From: Euglena gracilis
Taxonomy: Eukaryota
Direction of reading: 5' to 3'
Assembly: GCA_039621445.1 (NCBI GenBank)
Contig: CP154954.1
Span: 2,108,001-2,172,000 of the forward strand
Length of the DNA stretch: 64,000 bases
A program made the translations under genes and the position numbers. Shown here piece after piece: positions 38,731 through 49,679 of this stretch (positions within the stretch are counted from its first letter, which is position 1; each line of letters opens with the position of its first letter). The notes beneath the pieces were generated by a model. The model did not search any database and was not told the DNA's origin. It saw nothing but the letters and a program-made list of their open reading frames with translations.

Positions 38731-38802
38731 CAAATCTGGCGATCAGGGATCGTAGGATCCGCGAAGCATGGGAACACATGGGAATGGACAACACACCCAC
38801 CG

Positions 38803-41575
38803 TTACCCGTGAAGGATCCCGATGGGGCGGCATTGATGGAAGGAGCGACAGAGAGAGGAGAATCGTTCTTCAACAGATTGGTTTGGGAGTGATAAGTAGG
38901 GGGACAGGTTCCAACGGGAGATCGGGTCAGCAGGTTGGAGGGACGAAGGGCACCAAAGTAGGTGGGCAATGAGTTTGGTACGTGTAAGAAAGTTCAGTAA
39001 ACGGCGGAGGTCTTTACAAAGGGGTAGGTTCGAGAGGGAGGGAGTGAAGTGCGAAAGGAGGTGGAGAGCGGAAAGGTTGTCACCAATAATAGTGCAGGGA
39101 TGGAGACCAGTGTTATGGGCGAAGTGGACAGCTTGTTCCAAGGCAAGCAGCTCGGCACGTTGTTGGGATATGGCTGGGCAGTGGATTCGTTGGATTCGGC
39201 ATCCGACGGTGGGGCAGTAAAGGCCGATTTGGCAGCCTTCAGTTGTGAGGGCGGCGTCAACGAAGATGAGGGGGTTGAATAGGGGAGGTGGGATTGGGTC
39301 GAAAGCGGTCCAGGGTGTGAGGCCTTGTAAGAGGAGGTGGAAGAGGGCCCTTCGGAGTTTTGGAAAGGCGTGGTCGAGCCGGCCAATTGTGTACTTTGTC
39401 AAGTACCATCCCTGGAGGAACAGGGTTGTTCCACGATGAGGTCGGTGGAACCACAGCATGTAACCGGTGAGGCGGTCGATTACACGAGGATGTAGGGGAA
39501 TATAGGCGCATAGGAGGCATAGGGCAAGGGCCCTTTGGGATGTGGCAAGGGTGTTTTGGATGGTCCGATTGCAAAGGTTGAAGACCTTGCCCAGCCAAGT
39601 GATTTCTTGTGTCGGCACAAGGGAGGATTTGGGGGAGATGAGGAGGTTATTTGAGAGAAGGGTAGATGTGATGGTGCTGGTCACGAGGTTGCAGAGGGAG
39701 TACGATGGGGCAAGGACGAGAATGTCGTCATAGTAGGTGAAGATGAAGAAGTGTGTTCCGTTGGTGTACGTCGAAGGGAGGGAGGAAAGCCTGCTTGATA
39801 AGGTCTTGAAGGGTAAGTTGGGCTAGTATGGGGGACATGTTCCACCCGAAGGGAAGGCAGGGGAAGTAGAAGGAGGAGGTGCGGAAGGCGTGCTTGGCGG
39901 AAGGAGGAAGTTAGAGACTCCAAAAGAAATTGGTGAGGTCGATGGTGGCAGCCCACAGTGTGCCGGGGGGGAATTTGGAAATGGTGTGGGAGATTTGGGG
40001 AAGGGAGGGGAGGTGGAATGGTGGAGGGTTGGAGAATGTGTTCGCCCACCGCAAGTCGGCAATAAAGCTGACTTTACTGCTGTTTTTGGGGTGGATAAAA
40101 GAGGCCATGTTGGAGGAGGGGTGGAATTCCCCCGAAGATCTTGGCAGGGGAAGAAGGAACTTGTCCCGTGCCAAAGAGTGGAGAAGGACAAAAGTGAGTG
40201 GGGAGGGGCGTCGCTGAAGAGACGGCGGTGGTGGATGGTAGAGGAGGGTGTGGACGAGGCTGGGGGGGACAACAGTGTCCCAAACATGGGTCGGGATGGG
40301 ATAGGAGCCGCGTTGTCCAAGCCCGCGTTCTGCAAGTTCTTTTGAGGGGAGAGCACAGGTGGCATCGTTGTAATATTTCAGGGTGAGTATAAGAAGCCAG
40401 TTGAGGGAGAGGACGGAGAGGAGGAGAGAGATAAGACGACCCATGGTAAGGTGCAGAAGCGATGCAGTTTGGAGATCCAGGAGGACATTGAACATATTCC
40501 GGAGTATATGGTACATACACTTCCTGGAAATTGGATGGGGGAGGTTAAGTTTTGACAAACGACCGGCTAGGCCGCACAGTGTATTGCGGGAGGGTGGATG
40601 GTCGTTCTCGTCTCCTTGACTTTTCGAGAGCCGGCGAAGGGTAGACGTCCGTGGGGATGCAGCCGGCTGGGGTAGTGAGTGCGGTGGTGGGCCAATTGCC
40701 ATTCGGGGAGGGGGGACGGCGGGCCTAGATATCTTGGCAGGGAAGATTTGTTGAAGGGGAGAGCAGCCATGATTGCGTGCGGGGGGCCGGGCAGCAGCGT
40801 AGGCCGAGGGGAAGCGCCAGGTTGTCCCATGAGAGGGTGGGCAGTGCACCAAGGTTTTGGGCTGGTACTTGTCCAGCTGGGGCAAGACGTCCCAGGTGCC
40901 GCGTGACCACGCCCAAGGTGTCAGTTTCCGGCGGATAGGTATTGGAAAAGGGCAGTTGGCTGAGGACACTGGCCCGGGGTTGGGCTGAATGTCGCCGCAG
41001 AGAAGAATCCATTTTTTTTCCGGGAAGGAGTAGGGGTTTGGCGGGAAAGGTTTAGGGAGGTGTGTGGGGTTTGTCTTTTGTGCAGTCAGGACCAGAGAGG
41101 CCCATTTTTGCGATGTGGTGGTGTTTGGGAAAGGAAAACCCCACAAAACCCCACAAAAATGGGTTTGGGAGGAATGGGGAGAAAGTGCACCCAAGGTCCT
41201 CGGGGGAACACATGGGACAAGGGGAAGGGTATGGCAAATGGCGCAGGAATGTTGGGGGGGAAGGTGTGTAAATGGGAAAGGGAGATTGTTTACAACAGTG
41301 GTCGTTAAGATTCCACTGGGAGTGCAGGAAGAATGTCCCAGATTTGGAAATGGAAGGAGGGGGGCATTTGGCAGTGAAATGGGGAAGGGGGGTGTGGGGG
41401 AGAAATTTGGATGATGAAAGAATTGTGGGTGAATGTTGGGTCGCTGGGTGTGGATGTGCTGTAAAATGATTTTGTTGGGGGAAGGAAAAGCAAGGCATCG
41501 TGTAAGGACAACACTAGCCCAGGGAGTGCAGTGACAGGAGGGGGGCCAGGAGGGAAGAGAGGGAGAGGGGGAATT
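38803..41575 (-). mobile_element. Degenerate DIRS/Ngaro/VIPER-type RT plus RNase H with upstream 2A-like motif
   Basis: RT motifs FIADLR, TIDLTNFFWSL, LPFGWNMSP, FTYYDDILV, ITWLG; RNase H motifs IFVDAA, RAELLAL, IGDN, WCPSSLQPADPISR. One TAA at 39911-39913 and one frameshift near 39780. LLCGDIQPNPGP at 40970-41005. No tyrosine recombinase seen. Upstream boundary approximate. Confidence 0.8.
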
Positions 41576-41851
41576 CACCTGCCAAGAGCTGGTGAAGGTG
41601 AACAGCAGCAGAACCAATTTATAGATCATCATCTTCTTGTCAGCTTTCGTCTGCAAGTCAAACAGCCAGCTAGAAGCGTTCTGATCTCGAACTGGACAGC
41701 GGTTTTTGTGTTTCGGAACTTGAACTTCCAACTTGATCATCGGCACGAGATGTTCTTGACGGCAGCATGCATTCCTCAACTTCAGGATAACCTTTCCAAA
41801 CGTATTCCAGTGCTTGGTGTACTTGGTGTACTTCCTTTCGTGAAAAATACA

Positions 41852-41877
41852 CGAAAAAAAATAGACACTCAGAAAGT
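41852..41877 (-). other. Complete 26-nt euglenid spliced-leader sequence (genomic relic)
   Basis: ACTTTCTGAGTGTCTATTTTTTTTCG, identical to the Euglena gracilis SL as I recall it; followed by TGTATT rather than a GT donor. Confidence 0.88.
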
Positions 41878-44191
41878 CCATCCCAAGGGGGTGTTCCCCC
41901 CGCGTCCCCCCCGCGTCCCCCCCCCCGCGTCCCCCCCGCGTCCCGGATTTCGGCCGGGCATGTTTTTTGGGCGACCAAATGAAAATTTCATACAAATTCG
42001 GGTGACGCCAAAGAAAACGTGTGGGGGTGGTTGGGCCACAGTTCCCCCCCGCGTCCCCCCCGCGTCCCCCCCCCCGCGTCCCCCCCGCGTCCCGAACCAC
42101 CCCCCAAAAGTCCCATGGTTGCCTGGCCAGGGCTTGCGAGTCTTGGGCTTTCCAATGGAGCACCCGGCTTCAACAACGTTTAAAAAAAGAGGTGCCAGCG
42201 TTGGTGGAGTAAATGAAGGAAGCTTGACATGTCCTGAGCAATCTCGGCGACCCGCAGTGTGAGCACATTTTATTACGGTATTGCCTTGATGCCTACAAAG
42301 TGATGCACTTCCTCTGCACCATGCAAACCCCCTCCTTGGAAACAAGGCACAGGGGGGGAGGGGGGGGGTCCGAGGGGGGGGGTTGGAAGCTGTACAGGGG
42401 GGGGAGGGGGGGTCCCCAGAAAATCACAACTGTACTGCCTACCCCCGAGACAGTTGCGACATTTTTCGTCCAATTGAGGTTGGCAATGATGGGTTTTGCG
42501 AAATTCAGATGCATTTTGCAAAACATTTGTGTCTTGTAAAAAGAGTGGTAGCCAGTATTTTCACTTTAAACACCCCCCCCTTATTCCCCCCCCCTAATTG
42601 GCCAAAGCCCAGGTGGCCAATTAGGGGGGGGGGTTCTCATTTCAAGGGAAAATGCCTTTATTCGGGTGTTTTTCGGGGGTTCGCGATTATGAAGGACAGG
42701 TCCAGATGGCCAATTGGGGGGGTTAGGGGGGTGCTACCCCCGTGACCCCCCCGTGACCCGCCCGTGACCCGAGAATCGAGCTTTCAATTTTCATACAATG
42801 CATCAACCTTCATCAGCCAGCCTTTCTTTTCATTCATCATTTCAGCCTGCTTTTTGATGTAGGTGGCGTTTTTGGTCGCTTTTCATCAATTTTCTGGTTC
42901 AAACCATCGAAAATTTGTCTTGACATGGTCAAAAAAATGGAAAGAAATGCCAAGATTTGAGGTGAAAAGATTTTCGACCCAAACAATGGCGCCTTTTTTG
43001 GCGTATTAATTTGACCCAAAATATGTCCCATTGGCAAAAGGGGAGATTGCACAAGTACAAAAGAATCGCATGGCAAAAGGGGGGAGGGGAAACATGAAAT
43101 TTTTGTGGAAGAAACCCCCCTAAAAAACAGAAAAGAATTGTCCTCAACCTGGGGGGGGGGCTGCCCCCCCCCCAGGTTGCGAAGTCGACAGTTGGGTTGA
43201 GTTGGGGGGTTTCCAAAGGGGTTCTACCCATGATTTCGCTTTCTAGCTCAAATTTTTTGGAGCATTGGAATTCAAAAAAGGCGTTAACGTCTCGGCCCCT
43301 TTGGGGCCAGGGGGACAGAAAAAAAATACATTTTGGTTGTGCCATAAAAAAAGTTTCCTCGGCGCTTCGCACCTGGTAGCATTGCAACGTAATTTACAAT
43401 TGTAAGTTTCACTTGTAACTTACGCGTAACTTACGGCGTAATTCATTTTTTAATTTCCGCCGTGTAATTTATGTTCTACCTTTTTCAGAAATTTCAGACC
43501 GTTTCTCCTTTTTTTGTGTGCAAAGCACCTTTTTTTCCCATTTAAAAATTGGGTTTATGTGTTGTTGTCATCCCATGTGAGAAAAAAACAAGTCAAAGGC
43601 ACTGCAAAAAAGTGCAGTTCAAGTTTTTTTTTTACAGCCAAAGGGGAGACTGTTTTTGGACCCGAAGGCAGCAACCCGCCTGAAAAAGTGTTGGATGAAT
43701 TCCAAAATAAAAATTGGCGATGTACTTAATTGGCACGGTCTCGCCCCTCAAAGGACCTGTGTGACCTCGTGGGTTTCCAACCCACGACCATACCATCATA
43801 AGACATGCGCCGCCATTCTGTTAATGGTCGTCACTCTGTGTGCATTTGTTGTGGACTTTTATCAAAATTTCTTAAAGAATGTCATTTTGGCCATTTTTTT
43901 TTGACAAACAAGTTCTCTTGTAGTGAACCTCACCAGTGAAGTAATCTTCACCAGTGAAGTTAACTTCACCCAATTTACCTTAACCAAATTTAACTCACCC
44001 TCGCCCCCTCAAAATGTCACCCCCCAAACGTGGCCAAGTTTTTTGGCAAATTCTGGTTTATCCCCTCAAAGGGTTTACCCCTAATTTTCCTTCGACACCA
44101 AAGGCGGCAAAGGCCAAAATTTGACCTCCTCTCCAAAGTGTCCCCCCTCCCCTGGAGTGGCCATTTGGGTCCCACGATGCCTGGAGGGTGG
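41877..44191. repeat. Right arm of the 2.3-kb inverted duplication
   Basis: Reverse complement of 35865-38185; outer end falls inside a small repeat that is intact on the left side (compare 32761-32800). Confidence 0.95.
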
Positions 44192-44825
44192 TGTGTACCA
44201 GGCAGCCATGATGCCATGGCATTGTGTGTTACAAAGGGCGAATGCCTGTTAGCTGGCCTTTGGCCAGCTGCACACAGTGCTATGTGATTCTGCACTAACT
44301 GGTGATGAGACGTCCCAGTTAGGGAATTCTCCTGCAGAATAAGAAACACTTGGTTCCTACTTAGCTTAAGGTTTTATTGGGTTGGTTTTGTAAGTAGGTT
44401 TTCCTTTGAGGGGCGAAGACCCCAATCTTTACAATTATTTTTGTTCTGTTTATCAAGACCCGAAGAGGTCAACAAGAACAACAGAAAAGGGACTCGGGTC
44501 CCAAAACAAAATCTCCTCTCCCTTTGCCTTGTGCTCTGCATAAAGGGGTCAAAGGGTTTATAAATTTTATTTTGTTACTCCCGCGCCTTTTCTGGGAGAA
44601 AGGGAAAAGCGAAAGAGAAAGGGCGGGACGTACACTTGGTAGCAGATTAGGTAAACGGTCTTACGACCCCCCCCACAAATTTTCAGCTGAGCGCCAGCTC
44701 GTACGCACAGGCGAGGAGTCCCAGGTGGCACAAGCAGCTACGGCCGCACAAAAAGCCCCTGATCTCCCCACCTTTGCTTACATTTTTGGGTTTTTGTGTC
44801 AATTTTCACAATTTTCCCCCAAAAT

Positions 44826-47800
44826 ATGCAGAGTACAACTCCCAACTGGAATGCACCTATTAACTATGAATTGTTAATAGGTTCACAGACAAAACCGCTT
44901 CGGCGGTGTACAATTTTACAAAAGGGACGGGTGTACAAGCCGCTTCGGCGGATCCCCCTCTTACAACGGGTTTTAGGACCCAATCCCCCCCTACAACGGG
45001 TTTTCGGACCCCAACCCCCCCTACAACGGGTTTTAGGACCCAATCCCCCCCTACAACGGGTTTTCGGACCCCAACCCCCCCTACAACGGGTTTTCCGAAC
45101 CAGCCCCCCCCTGCAACGGATCCACAAGGGGCGGACGCCCAAGTCGCTAACGCGACAGAAAATTTTTATCCACAAGGGGCGGACGCCCAAGTCGCTTTAG
45201 CGACCGAAAATTTTTATTCACAAGGGGCGGATGCCCGAGCCGCTTCTGCGGTGGAAAATTTTTCCTTACAAGGGGCGGATGCCCAAGCCGCTTCGGCGGT
45301 ACCCCCCTCACAACTGGGTTTTCGAACCCAAACCGCTTTAGCGGTGCCCCCCCCTACTACAAACCGCTTCGGCGGTGCCCCCACCCTCCAAGGGTCTTCG
45401 GACCCAAGCCGCTTCGGCGGTGCCCCCCACCTCCAAGGGTCTACGGACCCAACCCGCATTTGCGGACCCAACCTTACAATCGCCGCATTTGCGGTACAAC
45501 ATAACCCTACAGTGGATCTACGGACCCCCTCCGCTTCCGCGGATTCTGACTCACAAGTGGGCAGAATGCCCGAACGGGGTTGGCAATTAGTGCCTCTTGG
45601 CACCCAATTGCCAGCAGAGCCCCCCCCTTACGAGGACGGGTTGGAAACACCTTGTTTTTTCCAACCCCCCTCGGCCCTTCCACCGGTAAGCCCCATTCGG
45701 GACTTGCCCCCCCCCTCCACAATTGGGAGAAATCCCAGAACTACCTTGGTCCGCTGAAATGCGGTTGGTGGTCCCGGACACTGCCAGTGTCATTGTTCCC
45801 ATGGACAATGACCCCGTGGAAGACCGGGATTCGTTCTCCAGTAATACCGTTGAGCGCGTAGTCGCAAATTTACCGGAGAACCACCCACTACAACAGCAAT
45901 TTCGACACATCGAAGCATGTGTCCAAAATTGCGCTAAAACACTGAACCAAGTCCTACAATTTGGTGAAGACAGTCACAAGGCCGTTTTCGGCAAGCTGGA
46001 CTTCCTTTGGCAATACGTCCAAGAATTTGGACAATTTTGCCAAAAGAATTTCAACTCCACTACAATGGACCTTCAGAACCTCCACCAAGGTTTTGACGCA
46101 TTTTTGCGCAACACCTTGGTACAAAATTTCCAACAGGTACAAGAGACCCTCCAAACCGCGGAATCGCGGAATAACGCAAAACTTTCACATTTACAACAAA
46201 ATCTACAACAACTGTTCACACAACTTGAAACCTTGTCTTATACAATGCAAGAAATGCAGTCCCGGTTACAACAACGGGATAAAGCGCCTACGGGTGCGGA
46301 ACTGGGCTCATATGTGTCATATGAGCACTTTTCAACTTTGTCCAATGTTGTACAACAGTCCCAAGAACGCATTTTGCGTTTGGGTGATGAAAACGCGAGT
46401 TTTCATCAAAACGTTGCACAAATACGCGAAAACTATGTACAAAGAGCTTTTGCTCAACAATTCGAAGAGCGATTGCTCGTTTGGAACAAACTTCCTGCAA
46501 ATGCGGTGAAGTTTCCCACAATTTGACCACATTGCACACTAAAGTGGCGGAAATCGCGCATCGGCAAGATATCCTCCATGAAAAGTGGCAAAATGATATA
46601 CAAAAACTTGAAACTGCTTCCAATGCGCTACAAACCGCTACGGCGGAGCTCCAATCCCGCGATGCGGTGACTCTTAGCTTACAAACCGCGAATGCGGAAC
46701 TTCAAGACCGAGAAACGGTCATAACTACCATCCAAACCGCGAATGCGGACCTCCAAATTGCGTTTGCAGACCTGAAAACCGCTTTTGCGGATGTTTCGGG
46801 ACTACAAACTGCAATTGGGGACTTACAACGCCGCTTTGCGGAAACTTCCACAAAAAATCCCAGTATGGGAGCATTACGATCCACTGTAACCGATTTGCAC
46901 AATCAGTTACAAGCGGATGTGAACAAAATCGAATCCGCGTTTGCGGATTTGCACAAACGGTGCAACGGTATTCAAAACTCAATTCCGGATGTCACCGGCA
47001 TTGAAACCGCACTTGCGGATTTGAATACCCAAAACAAAACCTTACAATCCACTACTTCCCATTTACAAAAACGCGTACAAACACTTTCTACAAGGGTCTC
47101 CGGACTCCAACCATCCTCGGATGGACAAACGGTTCGCGAAGTCGAACTACCCCTTGATTTTCGCACATTTTACGACCAAATGCTTGCGAAAAATCAGGAA
47201 AACTTACAAGAATTTTGTGAAACCTTGATGAGGACCGAAAATTCGGTCACCCAACAAGTTCTCACACTAAAACAACAAATTTCGGTGTTGGAGAACCGAC
47301 TTTCTACAATGATGGATGACAAAACCGCTGAAAATGCGGTAGGGGTACCCCAACCCACTTTGGGTACCACAACCCCACAAAGCGAGAATCGGTTCAACAC
47401 CATTACAACCGCAATGGAAACTTTGGCCAAACGGGTCCAATACTTGGACACCGCTTTCCCAAAGCTTTCAGCGGATTTTGACTCCATTGTTGACAAATTA
47501 CCACTTTTAGATGAACTACCCTCACACCGCAAATGTATTAAGCGTTTGCAGGGTGATGTTGAACGAATTTCGGACCTTTTCCAAGTGGTTGGTTCATTGG
47601 AACAAAGTATCCAAGATTTTGCATTGAGTTTGGATGAGATTCATGCAAAATCCCGCAACCCACCACACTTTGCCCATGAAAACGAAGTTTTCAGTGGTCA
47701 AAATGCAACTTCCAGCTCACAAAGCGCTGTTTGCGCATCAACCGAAACACCTTCGGATGCCCGACATCCAACTCGCTACTTTGTGCATCAAATTCGCGGC

Positions 47801-48371
47801 TCGTTGGATGCGAATTTTTCCAAAGGCGCAGTACGCGCATCCCTACAAGCATCCTTGGATGCACATGCCCTACAAGCATCCACGGATGGACATGATCATG
47901 AACATGCTTACAATTGCGATTACAATCGCCCGTTTATACCACAACTTAAGATTCCCCCCCATAAGGGTGAATCTTCGGATGAGGAACCGGTTTTTGCCTC
48001 AAAAACCGTGAATCCTCCGGTTTTACAACAAGAATTTCGTGAATCGGAACTAATTCGCGGAATGAGCCATATCCCTACCCCGGGTATTGGTCATTGGTCG
48101 CGAATACGAAACGCGGAATCTACCGCGGTTCCCCGATTTGCGGGTGAACAACGGGATTCCTACCCCCCTGATATGTTACCACACCCCGAAGCGCGGAATC
48201 GCGACACTTTACAATCAGAATCGCGGAATCGCGACATTCTACAACAGGAATCGCGGAATCGCGACATTCTACAACCAGAATCGCGGAATCGCGACATACC
48301 ACCACCAAATTTGCGGAATCGCGACGTACCATACACCCATGGTACCTGTGGTACCATGAGCAACAACCTGG
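44826..48371 (+). pseudogene. Frameshifted long coiled-coil ORF, possibly gag/ORF1 of a retroelement, 3'-truncated
   Basis: Overlapping ORFs 44796/44906/45723/46481 join through about three frameshifts from ATG 44826; intronless, distinct codon style, heptad-rich (LQTANAELQ, LQTAIGDLQ), 30-bp internal repeats at 44960-45120 and 48190-48330, PPPY motif. No diagnostic domain recognised. Confidence 0.5.
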
Positions 48372-48386
48372 ACCCTAACCCTAACC
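48372..48386. repeat. Short interstitial telomeric tract (CCCTAA)n
   Basis: accctaaccctaacc joins the coiled-coil ORF to LRR-array intron sequence (accatgtctcgttttt..., compare 51895 onward). Confidence 0.78.
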
Positions 48387-49404
48387 ACCATGTCTCGTTT
48401 TTTTTTATTTGCACCGAAAAGGGTATTTCTCCCCACATTTCCAGCAAAGAACCTGCTGAGTTGCACAAAGCACTGTGAACGAAGTGACTCGTTTGTGACA
48501 CAACACCTTCCCATCAAGGCGAGGAGAGCAGGCGAGCAGCACCTCTGAGGTGAATTTTTGGTGGGTTACAAAATAATCATTTTTTTACTGCAACAAATAT
48601 TGGAGGTGGCCTCAAGACCATGCCCGTTTTCCAGGATCAGCGGGATATAGTTTTTTTCAGTTCCCAAAAACTGTACAATAACTGGCAAACACCAAAAACT
48701 GGCAGGTATGCTTTGCATCACGAATCACCGTCAGGCTGAGTTTTATGGAGGCACCGACCCCACCCTAGGTAGTGCGTGGGGAGGTGCACCCAGATCCAAA
48801 CCCCCCCTGGAGGCACATGGCAAGGGTGGGGGGGGAAAATTTCCACCTGCAATTTTTGCATTTTTGTACAATTTTTGATTTTCCTCAAATGTGCAATTTT
48901 TTTTGCAATTTTGTGCATTTAATTTCACATGCCCCAGGATTTTTTTGTTTTGGAAAACGTCAGCTTTTGATGCAATTGAGGATTTTCTAAAACCCCGCTG
49001 GTTTTCTGGAGCCGGAAGTCACCCTGCCCGGGGGGATCCAGCCTGCCAGCAACCCCCAAAATTTTGGAGAAAGGGGTCAAAAACAGCCAAAATATGTATT
49101 TTTAGGTGCTTTTTGGGTTTTACCTCCTGATTTTGATTAGAAATGGCAACGCAGCTCGATTTAGGTTTTTTTTGAGGGACTTCTTGGGTATCTGCCGGCT
49201 GCTCAACCCCACGGGCCCCCCACCTCTTTGGCTGGTGATTCAGCCTGCACTTTTTCAACCCCCACCCAGCCAGCACCTTTTTCCAGCTGGCCCGCAGTTA
49301 TTGTCTGTTTTTGCTTATTTCCACCTTAGAGCCTGTGGCTACCGTGACCCACAGTTTGTTCCCGTGTTCTTTGCCCCTTCCCTTCCTCCCCTTGCCCTGC
49401 GCAG

Positions 49405-49679
49405 ACAACGCCATCGGGCCGGAGGGCGCCAAAGCGTTGGCGGAGGCCAGGGCTGCGCTTCTGAACGGGGGAAGGTTGCCACACACCCGGGGGTAGGGGA
49501 AGTGTTGGGGCGGTGGGGGAAGGGTCAGCGTTGGTGATGAGGCTGCCGTGTGAGGGACACCAAACCACACACCCCACCCTCCCCAAGGTGTGGGGGTGTG
49601 TGGGGGTGTGGGGTGAGAAGCGGAGGGCTGGCCCCGGCTCTCCGGACTAACGCCACGCTGCAGGAGGTGAACCTCGGCA
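49405..49679 (+). CDS. LRR module 1 (type A): exons 49405-49444 and 49636-49679
   Basis: AG acceptor, 40-nt exon, intron GGCCAG...CTGGCCCC, 44-nt exon, GTATG donor. Confidence 0.88.

Noticed and set aside
41852-41877. Functional SL RNA gene
   Set aside because: Neither SL copy is followed by the GT donor and SL intron, and no linked 5S rRNA gene is visible.
41878-42163. N-terminus of the 750-aa ORF 39911-42163
   Set aside because: It runs through the inverted arm and the SL relic; chance read-through, also present in the mirrored arm.
35865-44191. Single giant TIR transposon or DIRS element with inverted LTRs
   Set aside because: Arms are mosaics of small repeats, one end breaks an unrelated repeat, no TSD, transposase or tyrosine recombinase seen.
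44389-44690. Possible LTR and primer-binding site upstream of the coiled-coil ORF
   Set aside because: Only a weak TGTAAG...CTTACG match, no second LTR and no recognisable PBS.
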